Assembly (NCBI RefSeq): GCF_964355755.1
Contig: NC_092678.1
Location: forward strand, 1,256,422 to 1,320,421
Length of the DNA stretch: 64,000 nt
Source of the DNA: Antedon mediterranea
Taxonomy: Eukaryota > Animalia > Echinodermata
Reading direction: 5' to 3'
Position 1 is the stretch's first letter. Each line of letters starts with the position of its first letter. Below the pieces are notes generated by a model, which was given only the letters and a program-made list of their open reading frames with translations, searched no databases and was not told the DNA's origin. The translations under genes and the position numbers were made by a program. Below are positions 1-11,828 of the stretch, one piece after another.

Positions 1-96
1 CAGGTTATCAATTAGAACTATGCCTGATTATATTGCATAAAGGCAATTCATAAACACTATACAAGCTAGGCCTTACGGGTTGTAAGAAAAGGAACA

Positions 97-1590
97 GTGC
101 TTTAAAAAAAGATTGTTTTTAAAACCTAGTGCTGCATATAAGAGCACAATACAACAATCTACGATCAATGGTTGATAGCAATTAAAAAGGAAAGAAAAAG
201 GAAACACAGTATACCTAATATTGGTACAAATGTATTTAAGCAAGAAGCTTATAGCACCAAGAATGGGAATGGGCAGGTTTTAAAAAAAGATTGTTTTTAA
301 GACCTAGTGCTGCATATAACAGCACTATACAACAATCTACAATCAATGGTTGATGCGATTGAAAAGTAAGAGACACAGTATACCTAATGTTGGTACATAT
401 GTATTTAAGCAAGAAGCTTATAGCATTAAAAATGGAAATGAGAAAAAGATTTAGATATAAGAGGATAGTGTGCAAAGCTCTGATTTGTTTTTTAAAAAAA
501 ACTTCTGCATGCTGCCTTGAAGCAGCAAAGTTCTTGGTAATAGGACTACAAAAAGAGTGACGTTATGGGCACAGGTGAAACAATATCACCATTATGTCTT
601 ACCAAGCAAAGATTTAAGAATCTTTAAAGATTAGGTAAAGACATTGCATAGATAAATAATATTTGATTTAATATTTCAAATTCATTTCTGGTCATGTCAA
701 TAGAGCAGTGACTGAACCACAAGGACAAGATCATTACATTGAATAATCCAAAGGAATGTGCAGCCAGCCTAATGTTGCAGGAGTGTGCAGCCAGCCTAAT
801 GCTGCAGGCGTGTGAAGCCTGCCTAATGCTGCAGGAGTGTGAATCCAGCCTAATGTGACTGAACCACAAGGAAAGTTTGAAATCATTACATTGAATGATC
901 AAAGGAAGCCAGCCTAATGCTACAAGAGTGTGAATCCAGCCTAATGCTACAGGAGTGTGAAGCCAGCCTAATGCTGCAGGAGTGTGAATCCAGCGTAATG
1001 CTGCAGGAGTGTGCAGCTAGCCTAATGCTGCAGGAGTGTGAATCCAGCTAATGCTGCAGGAGTGTGAAGCCAGCCTAATGCTGCAGGAGTGTGCAGCTAG
1101 CCTAATGCTGCAGGCGTGTGAAGCCAGCCTAATGCTGCAGGAGTGTGAATCCAGCTTAATTTGACTGAATCACAAGGAAAGTTCGAGATCATTACATTGA
1201 ATAATCAAAAAGATGCAGGAGTGTGAAGCCAGCTTTTGACCACACATGCAAATGGTGTATGAAGCCAGCCTGAAAGCACCAAAGTTCTAGGTGATAGGAC
1301 TACAAAAAGAGTGACGTTTGAGCACAGGTGAAACAATATCACCATTATGTCTTATAACCAAGCAAAGGTTTAAGAATTTTTAAAGATTAGGTAAAGACAT
1401 ATAGCATTGAAATAATAAAAGGTAAATAATATTTGATTTAATATTTTGAATTCATTCTATAGACTTCAATTTATTAGGTTTCTGGTGTGAACCATAAGGA
1501 AATGACGAGAATGATCACTACACTGAATGATCAAAAAGCTGCAGGAGTGTGCAGCCAGCCTAATGCTGCAGGAGTGTGCAGCTAGCCTAA
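97..1590. repeat. Composite direct-repeat region: ~180-bp duplication (~97-250 / ~277-430), ~750-bp-period duplication (~525-690 / ~1280-1460) and a 25-27-bp minisatellite (GAGTGTGAAGCCAGCCTAATGCTGCAG) at ~755-1240 and ~1540-1590
   Basis: Repeated blocks read directly, e.g. 'taggactacaaaaagagtgacgtt...aaacaatatcaccattatgtctt' at ~541 and ~1295. Boundaries are approximate. Confidence 0.85.
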
Positions 1591-2089
1591 TGATTCAGCA
1601 GGCCAAGCTGCCACGATTTGACAACACATTGGCCCATGCAAAAAAAAGATAGTGGCAGGTCAAGATGCCACATTTTGACCACATACAAACAGTATGTGAA
1701 GCCAGCATACTTGGGTTTAGGGTCAGGTCTTGTTACAGATCCAATATCTTAAAAACCTGTTATGACAGAAAAGTAGTGTTTGTAAAACTGCCATAGACAC
1801 AGAGGGTAAAGTTTTCTAGTTGTAGTACTACACGTTACTGAAAATGCAATCTAGTCAAAATACATATATAAATAAATGGAATTAGCTATTGTAACAAATT
1901 GCAATATTATGGTTCGTTATGGTCAGATGTTTTGTCCTGGTTTGTTATACTGTAGTATATTTTACTGTATGATATTTTACTAATAAATAACAGAATCTAT
2001 CAAATATGTTATCTGCATATAGATGCATATTAGCTGATGCCAACATACCAGTAAACAAATTATAAAAACATAATATTTAGAATACAAAG

Positions 2090-3680
2090 ATCTACAGACT
2101 TTTAAAAAACCAAAACGTTTATAAACTTGAAAAAAAAAGAGAAAAAAAATGAATACAAACAAAACAAAAACCACCTCTTCTCCAAGAGCCGTACATCCTC
2201 ATGCTTAAGTGTTGTTTTGGTTGTTCTGCCAACTAAGATGACAAACCAAAAAGGTCAATTTGATTTTACTATGAAGTACTCCAACAATTTGACATGAAAA
2301 TACCCACAGAAATTGGATACTAACCACCAGACTATGCATGTAGAGCAGACTCTACCATTGCTAGAGTGTGCCTACCGATGTTAAAGTGCGCCTACCGATG
2401 TTAGAGCAAGTCTACTGAAGATACGTGTGAGCCTATGGAAGAGTGCGTGCCTACGGAAGAGTGCGTGCCTACGGAAGAGTGCGTGCCTACGGAAGAGTGC
2501 GTGCCTACGGAAGAGTGCGATCCTACCGAAGAGTGCGATCCTACCGAAGAGTGCGATCCTACCAAAGAGTGCAATCCAACCATAGAGGACATGCCTACAT
2601 TAGAGTGCGAGCCTACCGAAGAGTACGAGCCTACATCTGCTGAAGAAGCTGCTAAGAAGTACAAGCCTACAGCTGCTTCAGAAGTACAAGCCAACCGCAG
2701 CTGAGAAGTACGAGCCTACAGCTGCTACAGAAGTACCAGCCTATCACTGCTAAAGAGTGCGAGCCTAGAGCTGCTAAAGAGCGCAAGCCTACAGCTGCTA
2801 AAGAAGTACAAGCCTATACAGCTGCTAAAGAGTACAAGCCTACACCTGCTATAAATTGCGAGCCTACAGCTGCTAAAGAGTGGGAGCCTACAGCTGCTAA
2901 AGAGTGCGAGCCTAACGCTATTAAGAATGTGAGCCTAACGCTATTAAGAATGTGAACTAACTCTATTAAGAATGCAAGCCTAACGCTATTATGAATGCGA
3001 GCCTACTGCTATTATAGAGTGCAAGCCTAACGCTAATGAGTGCGAGTCTACGCTAGTAAGAATGCGAGCCTACGGCTATTAAGAGAGTGAACCTAACTCT
3101 AGTAAGAGTGCGAGCCTAACGCTATTATGAGTGCGAACTAACTCTATTAAGAATGCGAGTCTAACGCTATTAAGAATGCGAGCCTACTGCTATTAAGGAG
3201 TGCAAGCCTAACTCTAGTAAGAGTGCGAGCCTAATGCTATTAAGAGTGTGAATCTAACACTAGTAAGAGTGCAAGCTTAACGCTATTATGAGTGCGAGCC
3301 TAACGCTACCAAGAGTGCTAGCCTAACGCTATTAAGAGTGTGAAGTAGATCCCCTATAACATCAGTAGACAAACGCTAACACCAGTAGACAAACGCTAAC
3401 ACCAGTAGACGAACTTTAACAATGGTAGAGTCTACTCTACATGCATTTGTCCAGTGGTTAATAACCAATTTCCATAGGTAATTCCATGTCAAATCATTGG
3501 AGAACTCCAAAGTCTAACCAAATTGGCCTTTTCGGTTTGCCTCTTAGTGGGCAGAACAACCAAAACAAAACAAAAAGCATGGGGATGTACAGGAGTCGGA
3601 GAGGAGGTAGTTTTACAAAGTACAAACAAGCAAACAAAACGTTTATAAACGTTTTGGATTTTTAAAAGTCTGTAGAGCTT
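2090..3680. repeat. Diverged ~320-bp inverted repeat (~2090-2410 vs ~3355-3680) enclosing 18-bp and 23-25-bp minisatellites (~2437-3345)
   Basis: 'tgcatgtagagcagactctaccatt' (~2335) matches the reverse complement of 'aatggtagagtctactctacatgca' (3421) with one mismatch. 'ttttggttgttctgcc' (~2215) pairs with 'ggcagaacaaccaaaa' (~3550). Internal units are gaagagtgcgtgcctacg and gagtgcgagcctaacgctattaa. Confidence 0.85.
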
Positions 3681-4509
3681 ATAACATAAAATTCTAAATA
3701 AAACAAAATTCTAAAAACGTTTTAAAATAAAACTGACCAAATTTTGTCTTCTAAGATCCATAGTTATTATTTTTCAGATTTATTTGTTGTTTTTTTTAAA
3801 AGGTCCATGCCTTGGTTGTTTTTTTTTAATGTCTTTGAAAAGGTTGATGCCTTGGTTGGTTAGTTGTTTATTTTTTAAATGTCTTTGAAAAGATTCATAT
3901 GGCAAAGCATGGTACACCATTTGTATTTGAAGAGTACCTTAGCATTATACTTAATTCTCAGAAGTAATATTTAAAATAAATGAGAACTTTAAAATTTCAA
4001 AAATGGTTGCCTCACCGACGATTTAAGCATAACAATCTTTCAAGAGAAGTTTTCAAGAGCTGTATATTTAAAAAATAAAATGATCTCAAAGCAAATAGTT
4101 TTCCTGTACCTTATTATATATGAAAAATCTTTGTCCAACTTGTAAGAGGTATAGTTAAAGTCCTGTCGTTTCACAATGTCGTGTCACTCATGATATGTCA
4201 TGTCACTCGCAATATCATATTGGTATGCAAAACAGGACACAAGACTAATTTTTTTTAATAGTAAGTATCTTCCCTACTTTTCCAAATTGCCCTTTGCTAA
4301 GAATAGTCGGGTGATGATGGCATGTTTGTGCGGGGTGGGAGACCCAGTGCTGTACACATTGACACAGGTCACATTGATAAGTGGCACACATTATACTTTT
4401 CTGTTTACAGTGCGAGTTACTTTTCCTAGGATGGCCTAGGCCTTCCTAGGAAAGACAGACTGTGGGTAAGAACTTAGCAGAACAAGTGCAATAGGAGAAT
4501 AAATTTCTG

Positions 4510-5144
4510 ATGAGGTTCAAGGGATCATCTTGTACCCTATTCACTGTAATGAGTCACTATAAGGATATTTGCAGCAATGACATTAAAATTCAACCAGTTG
4601 TGTCCGACTATGCTTTTAAAAAAAATTTTTTTAGTCAGTTGAGAAGAGTCGTCACCCTGAAAACAAGATATTCCAGAGTGACGTACTGCTCAAAATTTTA
4701 AAGCAGAAGTTCACGCTCTATTCAATAACTTTGATGGATGGGAATGTTGAGTGGATTTTTCCTGCAACGTCCCATAGCAATGGAGAAGTTGATGGCTTAG
4801 GAGGGACTTGCAAGCATAGAGTTCGAGGAGAGAAGACCAATGCTAGAGTTAATCCTCAAACTTCTACAAAATTTGCTGATTATGCATCTGAAGTGTGCAG
4901 CAAAATCACATACAGACAAGGAGAGTGGGTGAAAGTTTTGTATGACAATAAACAGCATGTTAGAGTTTTTGACAAAACCTCCTTCAAAGTGAAGTGCCTC
5001 TTCCCAAAAGAAGAGTGCTGGAAGCTAGAATGTGACAATGATGCAGTGTGGTATAGGGAATGTGAGGTGGTGAACCATAAATCAAACCCCAGGGTGACCT
5101 ATACCAGTTTTAAAGAGGTCAGTTATAATGCAGTTTGTTTTTGA
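4510..5144 (+). mobile_element. Decayed DNA-transposon transposase remnant, Sola-type (probably Sola2), with frameshifts
   Basis: Across frameshifts it reads CTLFTV...VVSD...SD(G)TAQNFKQKFTLYSITLMDGNVEWIFPATSHSNGEVDGLGGTCK. This matches the SDG..QFK / W.FFATSHGKG..DG.GGT.K signature of this group, followed by a Tudor-like GEWVKVLYD...WY tail. Superfamily assignment is from memory. Confidence 0.65.
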
Positions 5145-5929
5145 TGATGCTATAATTCACTCAGATCATAATAATGCCAATAAAACTACGACACATAGGG
5201 ACAAACTTTCTCCATAGAGAGAATATAAGTATATATTTTAGAAAGGTACAATATTTATGTACTACCCTTGTAGAGCAGTGGTGGCCCCTGGATTTTTCCG
5301 AGGGGGTTGGGTCGGAGGCTATGCGAGCGAGCGAAGCCCCTGGAAGCAACGTGTTTCTAGCGTAATTTGAGGCTGTAGAGGTAGAGAGCAGATGAAGGTC
5401 CCAAACGATTGGGTTCAGACTAGCGTGTATCGTCAGGCCACACTGCACACTTTGTGGACTAGACACCTTGTTCATAATAATTAGACAATTTAGGGTTTTT
5501 ATAAAGAAAATCAATACTTTGTAATCAAAGATTGCAAGCAAACCATCCACAGAAAGATTACAGGCCGAAGCTTTTAAATAATGGTGTATACCGCCCCTAC
5601 TGTCGCTGGTTTTTACAAATCACAAAGAAAAACATGCCTCATCTTACGGCTGTTGCTGTAATGCAATGCAATGCGATGCAACAAAAATCCTAGAGATTTC
5701 AATGCTGCGATTAAATGCAAACATTATCCGATGATGAAGAGTCGTTTAGATTTGTAGTAAATGTTGGAAACCGGATGTACCGATAGGGGGATCTATACAC
5801 TAATTATTATCAATATTTTTACACATGTGACTTTGTGAAAATGCGATAAAAGTGAGGAAAAAATACACGGCTCATCTTACGGCCGTTAGTTCTAGGCAAA
5901 ATCACAACAAGGAAATATTAAGCCTAGAA

Positions 5930-6255
5930 TTGATAGGATATTGATATGTGACACGCGTTAATAGAATCTGGACCAATTTCATATAATGGACCATATTGAT
6001 TAAAGTTTAATTTGTTTCACTCATTTATTATTATATTCTGTTTCTATTTTTATAACAGATTGCAGGCTGAAGCCATAAACTTTATTACGGGCGGAGTTTA
6101 CCGTACCTACGATAGAGTTGCCCGGATAGACGAGGAGCTAGTATTTCGACAACGACAACTTCAATTTTGTAAAGGGCGTTGAATACTGTTCCTTACGGAG
6201 ACCAAGATAGATGAAGAAATGCGAGTTTCGCCAGTTTCATCCCTATGGACATAAT
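5930..6255 (+). pseudogene. Truncated inverted paralog of the Arg/Pro-rich gene (intron 3' end plus start of exon 2)
   Basis: 5930-6150 is the reverse complement of ~8380-8597. After the acceptor ttttataacag| (6058) it reads LQAEAINFITGGVYRTYDRVARIDEELVFRQRQLQFCKGR*, versus LLNEAYNFFYEGVYRPYGRVARIDEEVVFRQREC in the intact copy. A later fragment reads ...FRQFHPYGH*. Confidence 0.8.
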
Positions 6256-6779
6256 TGGTTCGTTTGGTTCCACGGACGATTGGGTGCAGATTGGGCCATA
6301 CTGCACATGTTGTGGACTAATTAAATGATAAGCTAGGCCAACACAAAGTAGACAGTTTGGACCTTTTATAAAAAGAAATCAATACTTTGTAATTTTATTT
6401 TAGATTATGCCTTATAAAAAGGATGATCCCAATGAAAATAATATAAGCTAACTTTTTTGGACTTAAATTACTCGACACGATAAGTTTAATTGCTGTATGG
6501 TCTATAATAATATGAATGCATTTAGGCCTAAGATGCTCCTGAACAATTTATATATCATTGGCTTGCACTGCGAATTCATGAATTTGCGCTTAAAAACGTA
6601 TAAAAGAAGTTAAGAATACGTGACTATGTCAGTCATGATTATGCTAGGACATACTTTGATAAGCTTAGTTACATTTATTTTTTTTTTTTTCACATTATTG
6701 ATCGTCTCCATCCCCGAAACCTCGACTAAGAAATACCGGAATGGTGTCCGGCGGGGGATAGTTTATTACCATTAGTTAA

Positions 6780-6858
6780 GGTCCTATGTAAAGCACCTAG
6801 AGGGGTCAGTGATCCATTAGGCGCTATATAAATACTGTTTATTATTATTATTATTATA
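6780..6858 (+). mobile_element. L2/CR1-type LINE or LINE-related SINE 3' tail; related tail on the minus strand at ~60545-60620
   Basis: tgtaaagcacctagag...ggcgctatataaatactgttt followed by an (ATT)n tail, the typical L2-clade 3' stem-loop plus microsatellite. Confidence 0.65.
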
Positions 6859-7657
6859 AGAGAATTGTTAGCAAACATCTTAAAAGACATGTGGAAGTGT
6901 ACTGGATATGATAAACAAGGCAAGCTCACAACCTTGTAAGCGACATGAAGTTTGTAATATGTACTATTTTATGTACATCCAATTTTAAGAAGAAATTTTG
7001 AATGGGTGCCATAAAATAAGCCAATTTTTTCTTATGCAGGAGAAAAGAGTGCTATTGGATATTTAAGCCGTAGAGAGTCGCAAGTAAAAAAAAAATATTC
7101 CAAAAAGAGTGGATAGTCCAGTAGCATAGTCATGTCGTCATGTTGTCGTGTCATGGAAAGAAGAAATTTATGACATGCAGTGTTGTGTTTTGATTAATGA
7201 ACTGGATTGACTGTGCATCAACCTTACATTACAACCAAACATTTTTACTCTTTGTAGATTAGTAATTACTATGTTTGAAAGATGGATCCTTCCTATTACA
7301 GTATTGTAGGCCTACATATAAAATAATTGTTTTTATTAATTTTCTAATTTTTTGATAATATAATGTAAAACATTTTTGTAATCAATTTTCAATCAAGATT
7401 CAATAGGGTCAACTATTAATTTTGCATTTTGTTTGAAAAGAGCTAATTCCATTTATTCATGATAAGAAAAATTAAAAGTTACATCTGAGTTAACATTGCC
7501 TAAATGGCCCGATAACATCTCTGGGGACTGTTATTACTGTATTTCAGTAATGTTTTTTTCTTTAATAATTATCTACCTTCTTGCAGGTAGACAGGTACTT
7601 GGGGTGTGCATCATAAAAAAATGAATAATATTAATAAAGAAAAAGAAAAAAAGTTAA

Positions 7658-10600
7658 CTAATATGGTGAATACCTTACTGGTGGCCGACTTATTCTTCCC
7701 GATCGAGTTCTGTACACGCCAGCTGCAACAGCAGGCACGGCCGCCACATCCGGCACCGGAGCCACGTCCGGCACAGGCACCACTACAGCCACATCCGGCA
7801 CCGCTACCGGAACAGCCGGAGCAGCAGGCACGGCCGCTGCCGCAGCCGCAGGCCCACCATCATCGGCTCTTGGATTTGGGATGCCTAGCATATCAAAATG
7901 CCCACCTGCCACGCACATCTGATGCCAATTCGCTGCTGCCCTCTGTCTTTCCATCTCTGCATTGTAAGGTGGCAAATTAGGAGGTGGGCGAAACGCACAT
8001 TCAGACGATGAACAAGTAAGTGATGATGAAGGTGAAGTGGTGCATTGTCGTGGACATTTTCGTCGCTGAGGCAGTGAATGATGTTGTGGCGGTGAATGCT
8101 GTTGTCTTGGTGGGGAATGTTGTAGTCTGCGTAATCTAATGAGGCGTTCACGTTCTTCACGTTGTCGTTGTTGTCTCGTGCGTCTGAACTGTATTCTGTC
8201 TGGTGGTGTTTGTGGTCTGGGTGGTGAATGATGTTGTGGTCGTGGTGGTGAATGATGCTGTGGCCTTCGTCTGCGTGGTGGTCGTGGTTGTGGTGGTGGT
8301 GGTATAGGCACACGTAGTGGGGAGCGATTAAAACCTCTTGCAGTTCGGCCATAAGGATGAAACCGTCGACATTCTCGTTGTCGAAATACTACTTCCTCGT
8401 CTATCCGGGCAACTCTACCGTAGGGACGATAAACACCCTCATAGAAAAAATTGTAAGCTTCGTTTAACAATCTGTTAAAAACAGAAACAAAATATAATAA
8501 TAAATGAGTGAAACAAATTAAACTTTAATCAATATGGTCCATTATATGAAATTGGTCAAGATTCTATTAACGTGTGTCACATATCAATATCCTATCAAAT
8601 TCAAAGATACAGTCTCAGTAAATTTTTGCAAAAACACATTTTCCTAATTATTGAATATATTTGGCACTTTTATAAAAATCACAAATAATAAATGTACCTG
8701 TTAAGTTTCAACTTCCAATCACCTTATTTGTTAGTATAAACACTATACTAATAACCCAATAGCGTAACCTATAATGATGCGACTGACCAGTGATTTTGTG
8801 GCCGATCCAGGATTTGTTTAAAATATGTGGTGGGTTGGTGGGGTGGGGGCTAAAAATGGTGAAATGAAGTGAAACTTAATATAATGTCCTATCTTAGGTG
8901 GGATGAATCCACCCCTGGTAAACTTGGTTTAACCCATTGAAAGTTCAAGGTAAAAACGAAACAAAAAATAAAAAATTAACATGCTCTGAAGAAAATGATG
9001 TAAACATTTTTAATAAATAATGTGATTTGATATCAAATGAAATCAACTTTTAACAAAATCAATGTTAACGATAAAGTGATTGATTGAAATATATTTACCC
9101 AGTATAAATATATATTTCAATCAATCACTTTATCGTTAACATTTCTTGAAAATTCCAGAAAAAAGTCAACACTTGCGCAATGAAAATATATTTTTTTAAT
9201 AATAATGTAATGTAATAATAAATAATTTTAATAATGTTTTAAGAGATCTTTTGTGTAAAGTTCTGTCTACATTATTAAACCAGTTTTATATATGCCCAAA
9301 TATGGTAGTGATATATGCCCAAATATGGTAGTGATATGACACCATCATGAAATAGGTTAAGAAAACAATTCATGCACTACAGGATTTAATCGATTTTATT
9401 TGGTTTTCATGGGATATGTTTTTGAGGTTTGCATAGTTTAACGATTACTTTTAAACAAAAAAATCATGTTTTACCCCAAAAATAAGTTGTTCAAACAACA
9501 AAAAATTATAATTTGTTGAATGTACATACAATTAAATTCATACACTACAGGATTTATTGGTTTTCAAGGGATGTCTGTTTTTTAGGTTTGCATAATTTAA
9601 CAATTTATTTAAACCAAAAAAATGATGTTTTACCCCAAAAAATAGGGTGTTAAAACAACAACAAATTATAATTTGTTGAATTTATGTACAATTCAATTTA
9701 TACAATGTAATCAATTATTTGGTTTTCATTGGATGTCTGCATTTTTTAGGTTTGCCATGTTCAACAATTATTTTAAACCCAAAAAATGATGTTTTATTCA
9801 AAAAATAGGTTGTTAAAACAACATCAATTAATAATTTGTTGAATTTACATACAATTAAAGTCATGCAATACAGGATTTAATCACTTTTATTTGGTTTTCA
9901 TGGGATGTTTTTTTGTTTTTGCATGTTTTTTGCATAATTAACCATTATTTTACTAAACCAAAAAATGATGTTTTATCCCAAAAATAGGTTGTTAAAACAA
10001 CACAAAATTATAATTTATTGAATTTAAAAACCATTCAATTTATGCAATACAGGATCATTCATCACTTATATTTGGTTTTCATGGGATGTCTATGTTTTTT
10101 TTAGGTTTGCCGGGTTTAACAATCATTTTTATCAGAAAATGATGTTTTACCCCAAAAATAGGTTGTTAAAATATAAGCAATTAATTTATTGAATTTATGT
10201 ACAATTCAATTCATTCACTACAGGATTTAATTGCTTTTATTTGGTTTTCATTGGATGTCTATGTGTTGAGGTTTGCAGAGTTTAACAATTATTTTTAACC
10301 AAAAAAATAATGTTTTACCCCAAAAATAGGTTGTTAAAACAACAACAAATTATAATTTGTTGAATTTACATACAATTAAATTAATACACTACAGGATTTA
10401 ATCACTTTTATTTGGTTTTCAAGAGTTGTCTGTTTTTTTAGGTTTGCAGAGTTTAACAATTTATTTTAACCCAAAAAATGATGTTTTACACCAAAAATAA
10501 GTTGTTCAAACAACAAAAAATTATAATTTGTTGAATTTACATACAATTAAATTCATACACTACAGGATTTATTTACTTTTATTTGTTTATTTGTTGTTTT

Positions 10601-11195
10601 CATGTGATGTGTTGCATTTTTTTTAAACCAAAAAACTAATTTTTACCTCAAAAGTAAACATTTTTAAAATTGATATACAAAGTGAGTTTTCATGGGATGT
10701 GCACTGCAACCTTATTTTCTAGGAGTGTATCATCAATTAAAGCAGCCTAGGCCTCTAGGCCTAGATGCATTCGAATTATTATAGACCATGCCTACAGCAA
10801 TTTAATTTGTCATGTCAGGTAACCGTTGTTGGGATCATCCTTTTATGGGCATCTAAAATAAAATTACAAAGACTTTTTTATAAAAGGCCCAAACTGTCTT
10901 ATTTGTCTTGTTAGCCTAGCTAGGTTAGGGCTTAGCCTATCCTAATTATTATGAACAAGATGTCTAGTCCACAATGTGTGCAGTGTGGCCCGAACTAATC
11001 TGCACCCAATCTGCTCGCTTCTTCCACGTCTGGGGAGGCGACGAGGCCCTAGCTGCTCTCGGCTAACTAACCTCAAGCTCGTTTTAATTGGTTGCAAACA
11101 ATTTGCTATATAGTATGAGACAGCAGAAGGGCCTAGGTTTACTATTGAATTAGATAAGATTTAAACTTTACTCACAACTGTAGTCTTCGGTTCAT
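7658..11195 (-). CDS. Orphan two-exon Arg/Pro/Gln-rich basic protein, ~277 aa (exons 11195-11176 and 8471-7658)
   Basis: Exon 1 ATG AAC CGA AGA CTA CAG TT|GTGAGT (phase 2) joins in frame to the acceptor ttttgtttctgtttttaacag|A TTG TTA AAC of the 270-codon ORF. The ORF is GC-rich in an AT-rich background, has a CCAAT cluster upstream, and has a paralogous copy at 5930-6255. Confidence 0.7.
9061..9143. repeat. Perfect 34-bp inverted repeat with a 15-nt spacer (hairpin)
   Basis: aatgttaacgataaagtgattgattgaaatatat (9061-9094) and its exact reverse complement (9110-9143). Confidence 0.95.
9350..10700. repeat. Diverged ~170-bp tandem satellite, ~8 copies, inside the intron of the Arg-rich gene
   Basis: The anchor 'tacagga' recurs at ~9378, 9546, 9869, 10048, 10219, 10390 and 10561, together with recurring 'ttttaccccaaaaataggttgttaaaac'. 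Confidence 0.9.
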
Positions 11196-11239
11196 TTTTA
11201 GTTCTTTAGTTAAATTTTTAGTTTTTTGGTTCTTTCGTG

Positions 11240-11475
11240 AATGGCTGCGGCGGACGGAAAGATTGAAAAAGTAAAACTTGGCGGCAAAATCACGAAGAGG
11301 TGGTATTTTGACCAATCAGATTTACAGCATGACTAATCAGAAACAAAAACTGGCCAATCGCCGCACACAACACGAACAGGTGGATTTGACCAATCACAAA
11401 AGAACAACTGTACAACCAATCAGCTTTCTTGTTACTGTGACTCTGACATGAACAACAAGAACTGGCCAATCGCAG
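11240..11475 (-). promoter_or_regulatory. Putative promoter of the Arg-rich gene: CCAAT (NF-Y) cluster
   Basis: CCAATC occurs at 11312, 11354, 11390, 11416 and 11466 (variant CTAATC at ~11333), 120-270 bp upstream of the ATG at 11195. An E2F-like TTGGCGGCAAAA lies at ~11278. Confidence 0.55.
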
Positions 11476-11828
11476 CACACAACACATCAGACACACGCAC
11501 TAGAAGTTTGGATTATTGCAGCAGTGCCATTAAATGGCAAAGCCTATGCTTTTCCATTTTATGTTTCTGTAATCCCGTATTTTGATGTACTGTGATGTTA
11601 CTAAATTTACGAAAACTGCAATTTATGGCCACCATCAGAATAATGTTTTAATTATTATTGATTATTATTATTAGGCCTCTTATAAAGTGTCGATTTAAAC
11701 CAAAGCAATCTACTACTACCTTCATACCTCCATGCTTGAAAAACGAAACGAAACATTTCTAAATAAAGAGACTAAGCCTACCATGTACCATGTTATCGAT
11801 GCATGTGTGTACACACGTACCTCTGTAA

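Noticed and set aside
2401-2704. ORFs with EECVPT / SSVGTH repeats
   Set aside because: By-products of an 18-bp minisatellite open in several frames; the frame breaks where the unit length changes and there is no splice or promoter support.
7658-7720. TRSGRISRPP tail as evidence of a Gypsy integrase C-terminus
   Set aside because: The motif resembles such tails, but no integrase, RT or LTR sequence is nearby and the ORF has its own spliced first exon. A distant TE origin is not excluded.
7606-8352. Alternative-frame ORFs 7606-7980 (+) and 7885-8352 (-, His-rich)
   Set aside because: Only the 7658-8470 frame joins exon 1 in phase and is mirrored in the paralog; the others arise from low-complexity codon repeats.
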